A stretch of DNA of 64,000 bases from Schmidtea nova (GCA_044892505.1 CM097883.1:351354001-351418000), one strand, 5' to 3'. Positions 1 through 14,730 are shown, counted from the stretch's first letter. The notes: generated from the sequence alone by a model not told the origin. Made by a program: numbers and translations.

Positions 1-761
1 GCGGCATTGTAATAATTAGATAGTTATCGTATATTGGTTCAGAAAATCGGTTGCCTTCCATTCTTGGTCAATGACTCTTTCCACCCCCAACGCCTCCGAA
101 ATCTCGAGAAGTGCAACTGAACACAGCCTTGTTGAATCTACATAAGTAATTGACTTTTATCTAAACGACAATGTGGTTCTTACCCTGTTAATTTATATTT
201 AGATATTAATTAATATTATGGAAATATTAAAAGCTAAATTTCAACTATTTTATATTTTTAAATATAGCTAATAACAACACTCAGGAAACCTATAGAGATA
301 GCCTGCGCAACACAATGGATTTCCGCCAAAAATCTCAATCTATTGTTTCTTTATATTTGTTACTTAAAATTTTCGTTTGGCTTGAATAGTATTCGATTAA
401 GAGAAAATTCCTCGTTTCCGCTAACTCAATTTCATTTACATGTCCCTTGTGCATGCATTATTATCTCCTATCGTTTAAGAAGACAATAAATTTTCTGTTT
501 GAAAAGCTAAACAATAGATTCGAAATTTTCATTCTAACAATGAACTTTTGGACTTGGATTTTAGCTGTAATTAACCCTTTGATTTTTGAACAATAGAATT
601 CCGTTCTAACTTTTAAACAAATGAATGTGGAATTTTCTAATAATAGAATTCCTGTGTTTGAATAGGTTAAATTTTATTTACTGGTTAATTCGAAAAAGTG
701 AATAACTACTGTAAATGACTTTTGCGCAGATAACGACGTGAACTAAGTATTATTTTATTAA

Positions 762-1005
762 CCCTTAATGACCTGAATTAATTTTATTTTAATTTAAAAA
801 TTTTTTTTTGGATAAATCTATTATTTTATTAATATTTAAGATTATTTTCCATATTATTAAATAACTGCTTATGTCGGCTCGACTGAGGTTTCATATACAT
901 GCGAAAACACTTCCCGGCACGATTCGCTTGCACAAACAAGTACAGTCTTGCAAATAAAAAGTTATTGCGCGGCGTTGCCATATGGCAACGCTAGGTTAAT
1001 ATGGG
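762..1005. mobile_element. piggyBac-type non-autonomous element (MITE)
   Basis: TTAA on both sides (758-761, 1006-1009). Ends are CCCTTAATGACCT and (rc) CCCATATTAACCT, 10/13 identical. A subterminal palindrome CGTTGCCATATGGCAACG is present. Confidence 0.55.
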
Positions 1006-3442
1006 TTAAGGTTCTATACTAGATTTTGTTTAAATTCTCCTGAACATTTTGCTAGACATTATAGATTATTTATATTTTATTCATATTGATCTACCATAAA
1101 CCTTGATATTACTATCCGACTCTCTGGGGATCGTAAATACGACGGTCATGTCGGAAAAATTCCTCGCTGCTACAAATTTATGTTAACACTTATCATTTAT
1201 TTAAATTTATCGCTCTTGTTCTCTCGAAAAACATTTAATTGTAACCTCTTATTGACCCCTTCAGTTTACTCAGAAAGTATTCAAATCAGTTTTAAATTTG
1301 CCGATGACTCGAGCCATCCGTCCCACTTGTTCCGGGACCGACGACTCGAGCCACCGAAGGTCAGCAACCAAGAAGGCCTCGATGAACTTGAACACCTTCA
1401 TTTTTATGAGTTGTAAAATATACACAACAATATTTCTAAAACGCAGAGAACGATCAGATATGAGGGGTTACCCAACAAAATTAGAAAACGAACAATGAAT
1501 TACTTGCATAAAATGTATTTGAATAACAGATTCCACGGATATTCCAGTACGATGCCTTTTATTTTATAACAATAAAGATTACAAGAGTATTGAATAATTG
1601 CAATTTTGAGTAAAGTTACAAGTTAGAAAACTTAAAGTTAAAAGTAAAGGTTACAGTTAAATTAAGTTAAATTAAGTTGGTTAAGTTGGCTGATCTTATA
1701 TTGTAATTTGATTGTTCTGTCAGCCGATCAAATTCTTTGCCGCCCCAAAATTGGTTGGAATGTTAAAATTTTATCCGATTAAATTGGATTGTTTTTCCAC
1801 CAATTATTTCCTTCCATTTTTATATTTGTCCAATTTATTTTTGGATTATTTTTCAATTTATTTTTATTTTATAAACTGAAAGGAGTCGGAGTCGATAAAA
1901 GAAAATATCGACTCCGGAGTCGGGGGTCAATCGTTTTCCAATCGACTCCCCATCCAAACTTTGGATTATAATTAATGTTGATGCGCATGTATATGCATGT
2001 TGTTGAGGAGGATTGAAAAGCTCAACAGAGTCTTCTGTAAAAATTGTGTCGGGACTGTTTGGGTGAATGTTATATAAGTGGATGTATGTGTGCGTGTGTA
2101 TCTTTTTTTTTACAATATCAGTAAACTAAAAATAAATAACGAATAAAACAAATTTTATTTGGTTAACAGCTACAATAAGATAAAAATACAGTACTCACTT
2201 AATAAGTAATAAACTTGACTATTATGGTTCGTTCAAGAATTCTTCAAAAACTTTTTTTTAATCCATAAATTTTATTTGTGTTTTTTTGTCCTTAACAATT
2301 TATATAGTTTTACTATAGAAATTGCCTTATTCATTTTTTAATTTTAATTTCAAATTATTTAATCCAGCATTATAATATTACAATTATTAAACACATCATT
2401 AATTGCAATATTATTACTACAATTAACAACACTCTTCTCGAGGTCACGCTCAGTGACACACATACAAGAAAAACAATACATAAAAAAGGGACATACCAAA
2501 GAGACAAAATAAAAATAAAATAAATCAAAGCAAGCACACGATTGGTCTGAATCCCCTCCCAAGTTTGTGGTCGCTTGATGTCGCATCGTGGCTTATTCTT
2601 CTCGATCGCTTTGCGAACGGAATACCAGAGCTTCACGGGAACCGGCGACGACATCGCCACACACGGTTCCAAAAACCCTTAACAAAGTTTTCGGGATGGA
2701 AACATGTTATAAATGAGATAAGTAATAATTATCATTTATTCAATACTGCAATGAATTCACAAGTGTTCGGATATAAAATGCTAACAATGCTAAAACCAAC
2801 TTAAGTTCAGTCAATATACCTGTCAGAATTATGGTATCTCTATATATTTCATACAGCTCCTTATATAATTATGTGATTTACCTGGCCAATCAGATTGCTG
2901 CCACCCAGTAAATTATAGACTTCGTTATTTTGGAATACCGATATGTAATTTGTTTATCATATCTCGGTAGTAATTAAATCAAGTAATTGTATTCTATTTA
3001 TTTTTGTTTTATTCTTGTATTTATCCCATTTTTCTCATTATGTCTTGTTATTCCAGCTCATTTCTTTGCTTGTATTAATAATGTATAATTTTTTCCATTT
3101 ACTTCCCGCTTTTAGTTTATAAATTAATTCCAGGGTTAAATAAATTAATAAATAAGTAACAAAATAAGTCTTTCCTGCAATAACAATTTTATTAAGTGAC
3201 TTATTTATTAAATTATTTAATAGTTAATGCTGCTACCAGGGAATTATCATTTTATAGTTCCGTGGTTTTATTTCTATTCTATATATTTTAATTTTCGTAT
3301 TTTATTTAATTTTCTCTCTTTTTTATTGTATTTCCGTTTTTCTTGCTTAGTTGTTACAGCCCAATATTTAGAATCTAAATTTTAGATGAATGTGAGACAG
3401 GAACAATCTATATCGATTTACACTCATTAGTTTATAGATGTA

Positions 3443-4367
3443 TTAATTTCTCATATATGGTATACTACTCCAATAATCAAGATAATTGGGCAGTTTATTA
3501 ATTCCCGTTAGAAAAATTATTCTTATGAATGAATTTTGAAAGACAAAATCAATGATATCATCAGATATAACTTGACGACAGATTTCATACGGTGATGGAT
3601 TTTGAATTTGTCGATTATTTGCACTTTTCTCGATAACGAAATTTGTTAAACGTAAGGGACGTAACACAGGGGGCAATCGCCTTTTCTGGTACATTTAATA
3701 AGATTTGATTTCAAATGCTTCCTTCCTCACCTCTTTCACTTCTTACAAAATTTCATAAACTGTAGTTTTACTTTGAATCTCTTCGACAAACTTTTGGCTC
3801 GTCTCTTTTTCAGCCCCGTTATTATACTTCATTGAAAGCATAATTGAGATAATTAAGTAAATATTATTGGGAATAATTATGACAATAACAATTAAATTGT
3901 CTCATTTTTAATGACGCTCAATTGGGTTTATCATTAATTATTTGCGCAATTATCCGGGTTTTTTTCATCGCTCGGACTTCCTATTGGCCTAGATTTCTCA
4001 TTCAGATGTTAATTAATTTAAATTAGTTTGCTTTTTCGTAATAACTTTTTGTAGAAACCCTTCATTAAGTCTATTACTATTTTCGGGTTCATCTTATGAT
4101 TTGGCGTTCAACCATACCCATTCCACCCGGACAGTATTAATTTTTTGCACTTCAATTATTAATGTTTACTGATTGTAATATGTTCTTTTTTGTACTAACC
4201 CCAAAAATTCTCTAATCATCTGGCTTTGTAATTTCATCTACTTCATTTTTTGAGTTAGAAATAATCATTGTTCTCAATTCATCAATGCTTGATTCAGGAT
4301 CTGAAGGTATTTCTTCAAAAATTAATGTTTTAATATCATCTTCAGATAACAATTTTCCCCTCTTCAT
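3443..4367 (-). pseudogene. probable piggyBac transposase N-terminal remnants
   Basis: Acidic start MKRGKLLSEDDIKTLIFEEIPSDPESS (ATG at 4367) and SPYEICRQVISDDIIDFV both resemble piggyBac N-termini. A TTAACCC-type end lies near 4810 on the minus strand. Heavily broken. Confidence 0.4.
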
Positions 4368-5099
4368 GTTTGCCACATTGAATCTAAAGGGAAAATAACT
4401 TTATAAGCGGCAAATAATACATTTATAAGTTTTTAAAATAAATTATAAAAAAATTACTAGTTAATTTTATTATTTTCAATAACTTACAGAGTGGGATACA
4501 CACAATCCCGTCACGTATTCAGCTTCAAAATTAGTATAAAACATCAAATAATGTTTTTTTATTATAAAATTTATTCACTCATAATAGATTATACGAAAAG
4601 AAACAACATATACTCTTATATAAGCAAAAATTTGTTGCGCGACACAATTCACTACAACAGTGTCAACAGCTTATTAATGCGTTTTGACTTGAATAAATTT
4701 TTATTTATTATGCGTTTACCGTCGATTCATAGCATTGCCAATTGTATGAACAACTTTAAATAAAATATAAAACTGTATGACTATGAATAACTTCAACTTT
4801 TCGAGTTGGGTTAAAATATATCTCACCATGCGTACAAAGCTAAGAAAAAAGGTGTGACAAATTTAAACACACTTAACTTCAAAGAGTTAAATGTGTCAAG
4901 TTTTTATTTGAGTAGACATCAGTAGGGATAGGCGGGTCCTTTCCGATAACTTGTCGCTTTCTGTCACTCTATGAAGTGGTTATTTCTTTTCGTTTTTAGT
5001 CAGTTTAGAGCGATGTTGTGGTGATAATGGCATTTCGGAATTGTTGTATTAAGTTGTCTAAGGAATTGTGTTGACCATGCTAGTAATTGGTAATAAATG

Positions 5100-6830
5100 T
5101 CGTTTGTATGTCATTATCATTGTTAGGTGAAACGGCATTGGAGTTTATCTTTGTATTTTCTTATGAGACATTTAAAAAGTGTATTATTCACTCTAGTATG
5201 AGCTTGTAAAATGTCATCCGATATGATGAATGCTGTTTTTAAATGACACAAATTTATATTTTGGGTTGTAACATCTATTATTACTTGAGCGTTATTCTCA
5301 TGGATACTTAATAATTTATATGGGGCTGAATATCTTGGTTTCAAATACAGATTCGACGTGTTACGAACATAAATATTTGTTGCTTGTTCAAAATTCTATA
5401 GAATATATAGTTTGTACTAGCTAGATGAAGAGAATTTTAGGTTACTGTCAATTGAGAGCAAATGGTTTCTTGTCATATCAAGTTCTTCTAGTATAGGAAT
5501 ATAAAATCTATCAATTGATTTAGTAAAGAAGTTGAAGAATCAAAGACCGATTGGAAAGGGGAAGTTCCAGTCGTTATGGACGGTGTGTTTCACCTGCTTA
5601 AAAGAACAAAAGGTAAGGCTTTTTTTCAGTTTTGTTTGAAAGAAAGCATTCCCAAGGATGTTTTCAGTGTAATCTTTTAAACAACCCATTAATCTGTGGG
5701 TGATACACCGTCGAACTCAGATGTCGGATACCAAGTTTTTCGGTGAATTTTTAAAAAAATTGCGATTTACATTGTTTTTCTGTCTGTAATTATAAACATT
5801 GGAATGTAATATCGATATATCCAGTCTTGTAGTTTCATTGGCTACTATTTCGCCAGAAATGTTTTTAGTTTTGAACCAACAAGTTTTGCGGTCGATTATT
5901 GTCAACAAATATGAAAATTCTCCATTAATGGGTAATCAACAAGATCGATGTGCGGAGTTTAAAACCTGTTTCCAGTAGGGTCTGGATATTGGTGTGTTGT
6001 TGACATCCAACACATTGGTTCACCCATAATTTAACATCATGTCTTGTGGCTGGCCAGACTGCATGCGAATGCAGAAAATTGAAAGTTGCGGAGGACCCTG
6101 GATGATGTAAATCATCTATGGAGTGCAAAACTTATTTACAGATTGATTTATATGAAATTGGTCTCAATATTACAGATTCATCTATAATTTTATATTTTTC
6201 GCCAAATATAGCTGTCTTCCGTAGGAAGTGGTCTTTTCGAAGTTTTTTTTAACAGGAATCCGGTTTATTTAAAATCGCATTGGCGCTTCGAGAAAAACAA
6301 TCTACAATTATATTTTCTTTGCCAACAATTTGACAAATTTTGCAGCAAAATTCTTAGATAAAACTTATCTGCTTTTCTTTCTATCAGTGGTTTGTGATCT
6401 GTATAAACCTCGAAAGAACAACTTTCAAGCAAGTGCTTAAAATGTTTTATAGACATAAATTCCTAGAAGTTCCCGATCAAAAAGCTAAGTAGTTATGTTG
6501 GGCCGAACAGAGTACTGAACAAATACTCTATGATTTCAGAGACTTCACCGTTTATTTGGCGAAGTTTTGAAACGTCAGTAGTTAATCTCAAAGGGGCGGA
6601 TTACCTGTGGATAGCGCAATCTTTGTATGTTTGTAATAGCTCTTTTTACATTGCATAAAGCTTCCAATGAGTTGTCGTTCAAATCAATTAAATAATTCTT
6701 TGGTTTAGAACAAAATATTGAAAAAGAAGCGAGAATTTAGGTACTTTTTGGATGAATCGGTGACAGTAATTAATAGTACCTAAAATAAGGAATTGCGTGA
6801 CTATTTTTGGAAGAGGACTATTTGCTATTG
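5100..6830 (-). mobile_element. degraded Ty3/Gypsy pol (end of RT, RNase H, integrase)
   Basis: LGTINYCHRFI (RT), FEVYTDHKPL (RNase H), HHPG...WP...CVGCQ (integrase zinc finger) and PRYSAPYK (GPY/F-like) occur in Gypsy order. Many stops and frameshifts. Confidence 0.8.
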
Positions 6831-6944
6831 TATTCAATCTTTTCCGTAAGTGGACGAATTGCATTACCTGAAATCATTTTCCTAGATGTGATGTAATAAA
6901 TAAATCACAATTTGAAGGACCGTGTAATTTATTTGTTTTAACAG

Positions 6945-7114
6945 CTGTATTCGTTGCTTTTTGTAATAACTTGAACTCTATCGACAACCAAATACGCCAA
7001 GTAGTAAACGGCTTCCAATTGGCCCATCATAGAAATATTAGATCCAGTCGTGGAAACTTCCACGAAAGCCTTGGTCATAGCAATTCCAATATCGTATATA
7101 GTCAAAGTAGTGGA
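6945..7114 (+). CDS. candidate host exon, product unknown
   Basis: ttttaacag acceptor, open frame VFVAFCNNLNSIDNQIRQVVNGFQLAHHRN..., gtatgt donor. No family recognised. Confidence 0.25.
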
Positions 7115-7782
7115 GTATGTATTTGTTATTACTTTGATCATTAAATCCCTTTGGCTATCAAAAACTGATGGGTCAGCTAGGCTATTGTAACTAACTTTAT
7201 TAAGAAAATCACTGACATTCTTTGTTTGAATAAAATGTGTTGAAGATCAAACAAATCAACCGGGATTTCTCAGCTTGTAAAGGAAAGGTTTCAGGTTCTG
7301 AAATATTTGACATCTTTTCTGGTTTTTCGTTTATTTAAACAAGCTTTATTTTTAATTTATTAATATAGATAATTTAATGAAATTTAATTATTGATAATTA
7401 TTGATAATTATTGATATATAAATTTAAATAAAATAATCTAACATAATGTTAGTAAGTATACTTATTAAAAATTTTACATTATTATAGGTATAATTATACC
7501 TGAATTATAGAACCAGCACACTAGGAAAAGAACTTCCTCTTAAAAATGGCTATTAATTTATATTGCATGTATGACTGTCTAAGTGCAATTTATGTGTCTC
7601 TGCATCTTTAGATCCAATAAGTATGTTGGATAGCAAAATNNNNNNNNNNNNNNNNNNNNNNNNNNNNNNNNNNNNNNNNNNNNNNNNNNNNNNNNNNNNN
7701 NNNNNNNNNNNNNNNNNNNNNNNNNNNNNNNNNNNNNNNNNNNNNNNNNNNNNNNNNNNNNNNNNNNNNNNNNATTCCTAGA

Positions 7783-8508
7783 AGTGAATTTGTATTACCA
7801 GTGAGAATATATTTTCACTAACGTTTCAGTGAATTTATATCCGAATACGTTTTCACCAGTGGAAATATATTTCTACTGGTGAAAATATAACTTCACTAGC
7901 AAGTTTTAGTGAATGTGTATTCTACCCTAACCTATAATTGAATGTCAGTTTGACAGTTTGACAGTTGCGTGTTTTTTTGTTTTCATTTAAAATACGCATC
8001 TAAGTAGATTAAGATATGGAAATGGATTCAATTCGAGTTATTTAACGGTCTAGTTATCAAAATAATTCTTATATTCGATGGAAATGCTCTTTCTGTGTTC
8101 TCAAAATTAGGACCTATCGGTCAACCGCACAGGTTATTTCTAGCCTGTAGACTACCCGAGTCAAAAGTTTAAATTTCACAGGAGATACAACAAGCTCAAT
8201 AAAACATTGAATGATATATTAATTTATTTTGAACTTACACATTAAATATAATTACATATTTAGAAAAATTAAAAAACTTTTAAAAACATTTGTCAGCTAG
8301 ATGAAAGAATACACTAAAAGTGACAGCTGGTAGGGCGACACATCGACACTTAAGGCCAAATATTTCCATGCGGCGAATTCTCGATTGTCAATGAATACAA
8401 ACTCACTAAATGTAACCAGTGAATTTGTATCTTCATTGTTAGATATACATTGTTAGATATACATTTCACCAGTGAAAATATATTCTCACTGGTAATATAA
8501 ATTCACTG
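7783..8508. mobile_element. MITE with ~37-bp terminal inverted repeats (Tc1/mariner-type CAGTG end)
   Basis: AGTGAATTTGTATTACCAGTGAGAATATATTTTCACT at 7783 is inverted at 8471-8507 and followed by G-TA. The left tip is slightly altered next to an N gap. Confidence 0.65.
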
Positions 8509-9094
8509 TAACACACACACACATATATATACATCTACATCTTTAGAACGTGTTGGGTTGATCGACATAACAGTTGATTCTATTTTCTTTCTCCCAGATT
8601 AGATAATCTTTTCCAATTTAAGATTTAACTCCAAAACATTACATTGTTATTAGTAGGTCCTGTTTCCGGACGTTTTCTCAACCCTAGATTTTGGGATTGG
8701 AAATTTATAAAATCCCAGATATTTTAGGGATCCGGGTATTTTTTAAATATTAAAAATTTTACATTATCATCAATTCATTATTTTTTTATAAGGAAAACAG
8801 AAAAACATAATAAAAACAAAAATTTCATAAATGTGTTCTTCAGACTGCTATAAATTTTTGAAATAAATTTTTAAAAAACACAAAACATCAATCGAGTAGT
8901 CTGATAGACCCACCAGTTAAAAATTAATGTTAACAAACAAAAAATTGGTAATTTATTTTTTGAAAGATTTACAGTAGCACTTAATAAATATTTAAAAAGT
9001 TCATAGAAATAATGTAGAAAAATTTATATTTTTCAGCTACTACAGTGGTTCTTTTGCAGCAGCGGATATCGATTGTAATATTATGTACATATAA

Positions 9095-10414
9095 CACTGC
9101 TCGACAAAAAAAATTTATAAAAGACATTTTCGCATAAACTCCCTAAATCGATGGTGCTGATCATGAATTTGATGATCATTTTTAATTATTAGCTCTAGTT
9201 TTTTTAAAGCAGTCATTTTTTAAAATTATTTTCATTATTTCAGTTATATTTTTTATTTGAATATTTAAGTTCTCAGCACCATTTCTAAATGAATGCGTTT
9301 TCAAATTGCGGTACGGGGACCCGGATTTCTAGTGCAATCTACCACCATATCCCTAATCAACCTCCCGTGATAGGGCATCCCATGTTAAGTTTTCATCTTG
9401 CCCGTTTGATTCGGTAAATCCATTTAAAGACACCAACAATTGTCCGCAAGCATCGAGGCATCCCATTGACCTTGATATATTTTCGAAAGTTTTCATGTCC
9501 TGGAGAGATCTCTCTCCATGTTCGTCACTAACTGCACCCATATTCATCGCCAAGTGAAAGTCAAAGAAGTGAATCTTGGGAGAATTTGTGCAACCAACGG
9601 CATGATACGATTAAAGAAGCTTTTGCATAAGTTTCACACCTCTAGTTGCCATGAAAACCTTGTACCACTTCCTTAAATACTTTCCACGCTGCAAGCTCCT
9701 TGTTGAGAAGAAGTTTGAAGTTGGAATCATGAATGTTTTGTCTAATCTGTGAACCAAAAAATTCTTTTATTTTCGTGTTGCTCAACTGCGAGAACTGGTC
9801 AAGAAAATATTGAAATCATTGTCCACCGCGATTTATCATCTAAATAAAATTATTTGTGTAGCCCAACCTAATGTGAAGAGGATGTAGCAAGATGTGTAAG
9901 CGCTATATGAGAAGTTCGAGCTGAACATTCTTACTATTAGGTGTGAGCTGACATCGTTGAGGCCAAACTGTCTTGCAGTAATGTTTTTGTTTGTTCCAAC
10001 TGTCCTATTCGTATAAGAAGCACAAAATTCTAGAAAGAAGTACGAATTGATCTATTAAAACAAACATTTTGGAAAATTCTAGAAAATACATGTAAATTAG
10101 ATATTTTAATTTTTTATGTATGTACGCGCTAATATTATATACCTTCTAACACTGCCTCCTAATGCCCTCTTGACAGGATTTGTTTTATGTCTCGTAAAAC
10201 TGTTCTGAAAAAAATGTATTAATACATTACAAGCTGACACTTACTAGGTATTTTAAATCCTTTTATACATGTAAATATACTTACTATCCTGTTAAAAAAC
10301 TGAGCTAATTTTAAAAAGATAGTTGTCAGATTCGTAATCAGCGCTATCGAAATACCCACAAACAGTAAAAAATGTTCATGTAACAGTGAAAAAGTTGAAA
10401 CTTGTCATGCAGTG
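9095..10414 (-). mobile_element. internally deleted Chapaev3-like DNA transposon
   Basis: TIRs are CACTGCTCGACAA and (rc) CACTGCATGACAA, with TAA on both flanks (9092-9094, 10415-10417). Transposase C-terminal motifs GSQIR...AWKVFKEVVQGF and KIHFF...NMGAVSDEHGER.LQD are present. Confidence 0.75.
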
Positions 10415-12751
10415 TAATTGTTACAAGCTGTAGCCGTAATATTTGCAGATGATTGCTTAATTATTACTCTATATTAACTTCGCGTTTGATTGATTGATTG
10501 TGCCATGCAAATTTTGAGACGGCAAATTAACTCACTTCTTGTGATAGGACCGATCTGAAATTTGGCAAGTAGATTCGATGTCGATAACACTGCATGCTAT
10601 CAAAATTTCAGATTGATCCGATCACGGAAAGTGGGTTAATTTAAAAAATATTGATATGTCAAATCTAATGTTATTTCCTTATTTAAATATAAATTCTTAT
10701 CTATTCATTAACTTCGGATTAAAGAGATAACGTAATTATATCTAAAATATGTTATATAAGTTTTAAGAAATATGTAAGCATTGAGAACGCTTATTGAAAT
10801 TTCAGTTTTGATAAAAATTAAGAGAGTGAAATACATATAGAGTTTTAAAACTATGTTTTACGGTTAAATTATGTCTATCTAATTTAAAGAGTTTGCAGAA
10901 TCAGCTTGAATATTTCGTGCACAACATTTTAGTTTTGAAAAATAACTTATATGGGTTCAACATTGGATAATAAGACGGTAGGAAAAGTAGATTGTATCTT
11001 GTTTGACTAACAAGCTCAAGGACTTACATTGTCCAAAATTAATCTCGCTTCTACAATATTATCTTCTAATTTTTTAAATAATTTGCCTAGAAATTCACAA
11101 AAATGTTTGAATTAACTGTAGAAAGCTAAATTATTTCATCAAATACTATTCCGTGAATATTTATCGCTACAATCAGGGAAACATGCCATCCTGTAACAGT
11201 TATTTAAATTACACGAGCCGGCATAATTATTTCTGATTATGCCTTTGATCATCAAATGTGGTTAAATCCATATCCATCAAAAAAAATTAATTGTTTCCAT
11301 GCTTCGGTGCATTTTGTGAAAAATATTAATGCATAAGTTTTTCGCTCCTCGAATAATTTGAATAATTTCGGCGATCAACTTCTAGTGAGGCACTTTTTAA
11401 TGTGATTCGGTGTTGCTTTTAATTCATTTCTAATGGAACTAATGCATAATTCGATATTTTCAGATTCTAGAATCTTCCTACGAATGTTTTTAAAGTTATG
11501 AATAGATTTTGTTTAAGTATTTGCTCAATTTTGTTTAATATGTCTGAAATTATTTTTTAACTTTTCTTTTACCACCTCGTTTTTTTCTAAAAGCACTCCA
11601 CCATTGTTATTATATTGATTTAGTTCTTTAATTAATTCCAGCGATTTCGGATGATTCATGATTCTTGTTTCTGAGTCATTTGGAATGTGAATCAGCACAG
11701 AAATGAGTCGTTTTCTTTAAAAGTTAATTTTCTACCAATATTTTTCATTCTGTATTTTGCTTTTCTTATTTAATGCACTAACAAAAAAGGCGCCTTTCAA
11801 ATAGCCCTAAAGATTCATCTTAGATCAAAATTAAAGTCTGGATTGCTTTTAGTATCATATTCGCATTCATCATCAGTCCAGTCTTTTTCCTTCATTTTGA
11901 TTTTCTGCTTCATCTTCTTGATTCAACCGTCCATCATTGCCTTTTTCTACACATATAAAATCTAACTACTTGTATCTGAGACATTTCTCCTGGTGCAAAA
12001 TCTGGATCACCAGCAAAGAAAGCCCATCATCTTCAAAAGTCACTTCAAAATTAATTTTTCAATTTTTTTCTCTTGCTAAAATTTAATTTTTATAATATTT
12101 AATTATAGATTTTTTGGTTGGTGCAAAAATAATGCTATTTTTGAATTTGTATAAGTATAATTCTATGATAAATATAATTGATAATAACCAAAATAAAAAG
12201 CTTATTTGTAGATTTATCGTTTATAATTATAAAATAATTTTTTTATTTACTTTTATTAATTAAAAAAAATATTTCAAATATCATTTTGGCCGAAATTATT
12301 TTCACAAATTTAAACTCGGACGTAGTAACTACAAATGCGCGTACACTCATCGGCAAGAAAGGTTGCCACCGCTAATGGTTCTTATTTTGATTATTAAAAT
12401 AAGTGTTTCAAAAAAAATTGCTTTAATTTTACACTAACCTAGTATAATTTTAAATTTCCATATAAATAAATATTTAATTTTTAATTCAATGATACTTTCA
12501 TTTCTAGCGACACTTTCTTATACTATATATATATATATATATATTTTAGTAATAATATGACGGCCAAATATGTTTTACTATCCTAGAGACATCCCCTATT
12601 TTTTGCCCAACACAAAGAACCAATGTCAAAACAACCAAATTTTGACATTTTTTTAATAAATAATGAAATTTTTTTATTTGTTAAATTAATTAAATATGTT
12701 AAATTAATAAAAATTTTTTAAAAATTAAAATTATTCTTTATTAATAACATA

Positions 12752-13210
12752 TTATATTGCAAATTGTTTTACATAGCTTTTGACAGTCTCGTTATATTCA
12801 TTAATATCGTTAATATATAAATTGGCTGCTTTAGTATTTAATGGGCTGTAAGGATTCGGATCGGCTAACAATGAAATAATTGATATTAAAACTTTGCTGA
12901 TATTTAAACAAGGTGCCCAGTTATCTTTTAGAATGTCTAAACAAATTCCGTTTTTATAAATATTTGGATGAAATATCTTTGTAAGAAATTCTATTCGAGG
13001 AGGTGAAAAAGGATATCTTTCTGGTAAATGTAGTTTCAATTTAAATAAACCCTCTTCAAATGGAGTATCAACAGGACCTTTAATTGTCGCATTCCATATG
13101 TAAATATTATTTTCTTCAGGAGCTGCACTGATTTTTATATCATTATCTGAACATTCTTTTAGCCATTTAATGTCGTTTTTAATTCTAATCATAAACTTGG
13201 AGTTGCTCAT
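12752..13210 (-). CDS. intronless ubiquitin-conjugating enzyme E2 (UBC fold), 152 aa
   Basis: Open ORF from ATG at 13210 with GPVDTPFEEGLF, YPFSPP, FHPN, catalytic Cys in ICLDIL, and W.P...I..VL.SI.SLL.DPN. It has one residue fewer than usual between HPN and the Cys. Confidence 0.92.
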   Translation of the reverse strand: MSNSKFMIRIKNDIKWLKECSDNDIKISAAPEENNIYIWNATIKGPVDTPFEEGLFKLKLHLPERYPFSPPRIEFLTKIFHPNIYKNGICLDILKDNWAPCLNISKVLISIISLLADPNPYSPLNTKAANLYINDINEYNETVKSYVKQFAI

Positions 13211-14673
13211 AACTAACACTAAATATTTTTAAATTGTTATGTTTTTTAAAATAAATAGTACTTAATTAATTAAATAATTTAATTTCGGTGATTTTCATTG
13301 GATTAAATTTTAAAATNNNNNNNNNNNNNNNNNNNNNNNNNNNNNNNNNNNNNNNNNNNNNNNNNNNNNNNNNNNNNNNNNNNNNNNNNNNNNNNNNNNN
13401 NNNNNNNNNNNNNNNNNNNNNNNNNNNNNNNNNNNNNNNNNNNNNNNNNNNNNNNNNNNNNNNNNNNNNNNNNNNNNNNNNNNNNNNNNNNNNNNATGAC
13501 TATAGATCAAAAAATTTTTTTTTTATAAACAACACAATATTTCGGCACAGCCTTTATNNNNNNNNNNNNNNNNNNNNNNNNNNNNNNNNNNNNNNNNNNN
13601 NNNNNNNNNNNNNNNNNNNNNNNNNNNNNNNNNNNNNNNNNNNNNNNNNNNNNNNNNNNNNNNNNNNNNNNNNNNNNNNNNNNNNNNNNNNNNNTGTGCC
13701 GAAATATTGTGTACTTATTTAAAGAAATTTTGATCTAGTCTTACCATTATGGAAATTATTGATATTAATATTAAAAAAGATCAAAGGTGAAACAAAAAGA
13801 AAATTATGATTATATATATACAGGGCCGGCCCGAGCTCTTATGGCGCCCTAGGCCAAGGGTGTAAATCTCGCCCCATAAGTTTTAACAAACAAAAAAAAG
13901 AATCAACTAAAAATTTTTTATTTTGTTATTATGATTGGCAATGCTATATATATATATATATATATTTGGGAAGGCGGTTGTTAAATTATTCTCTAGCAAA
14001 TAGTTTAGAATTGCAGTAGGAGAATCACAACAATCTGTAGACAAATGATTTTTGATGTATTAATTCGTCAAACAAATCCAAGCCGGAAATATCCTTTTGA
14101 TCACCGTCAGTTAGGAGAATACAATCAAATTTTGCATCTGTTCTATAGTCTTCCAGGAACACCATGCTCTTTGATAACAACGTTACTGCTTGGCTCAGGT
14201 TTAAACCAACTTCTTGAAATGCTTTGCTAGTTACAATTATATCAAACAAAATATCATACCATACAATTAAAGAGCAGATAAATTTCTATTTTTCAATATT
14301 TTGCAATATAGCTGTGGCTTCTGACTTGTTCCTCGCTGCTGTGACTGTGGTAACATTAGGTTGCCCATCCTCATTCATACAATCATACAGAGCCGCAATA
14401 ACTTCTTTGAGGTGATATCGTAGAGGCTTTAAAGCATCAATTCAACTGGCCCATCTAATTTCACTTAGACTTTTCAACGTAAAATTAGCTATATATTTTT
14501 TTTAATAAAGCCCAGCGTTGAGTTGACGATGAGAAAAAACATACAAATGCTGAATGATATCTGGTCGCGCCCGCTTTGTAAAATATTAAAAAAATTAATT
14601 AAATAAAAATAAAATAGTTAAAGGCGGGGCTTGATGGCTGTGAGAGATTGTGGGGCGAGCCTGGAAGTCTGAA

Positions 14674-14715
14674 GCCGGTAAACGGTATTATCGAAACCTA
14701 TATAAATCGTATATG
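14674..14715 (+). ncRNA. planarian-type spliced leader (SL) exon, probably a degenerate SL RNA gene copy
   Basis: GCCGGTAAACGGTATTATCGAAACCTATATAAATCGTATATG is 42 nt and ends in ATG as flatworm SLs do. It matches 37/42 of the Schmidtea SL-1 sequence as recalled (GCCGTTAGACGGTCTTATCGAAATCTATATAAATCTTATATG). It is followed by ATATGGCC rather than a GT donor. Confidence 0.8.
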
Positions 14716-14730
14716 ATATGGCCTGTGCAC

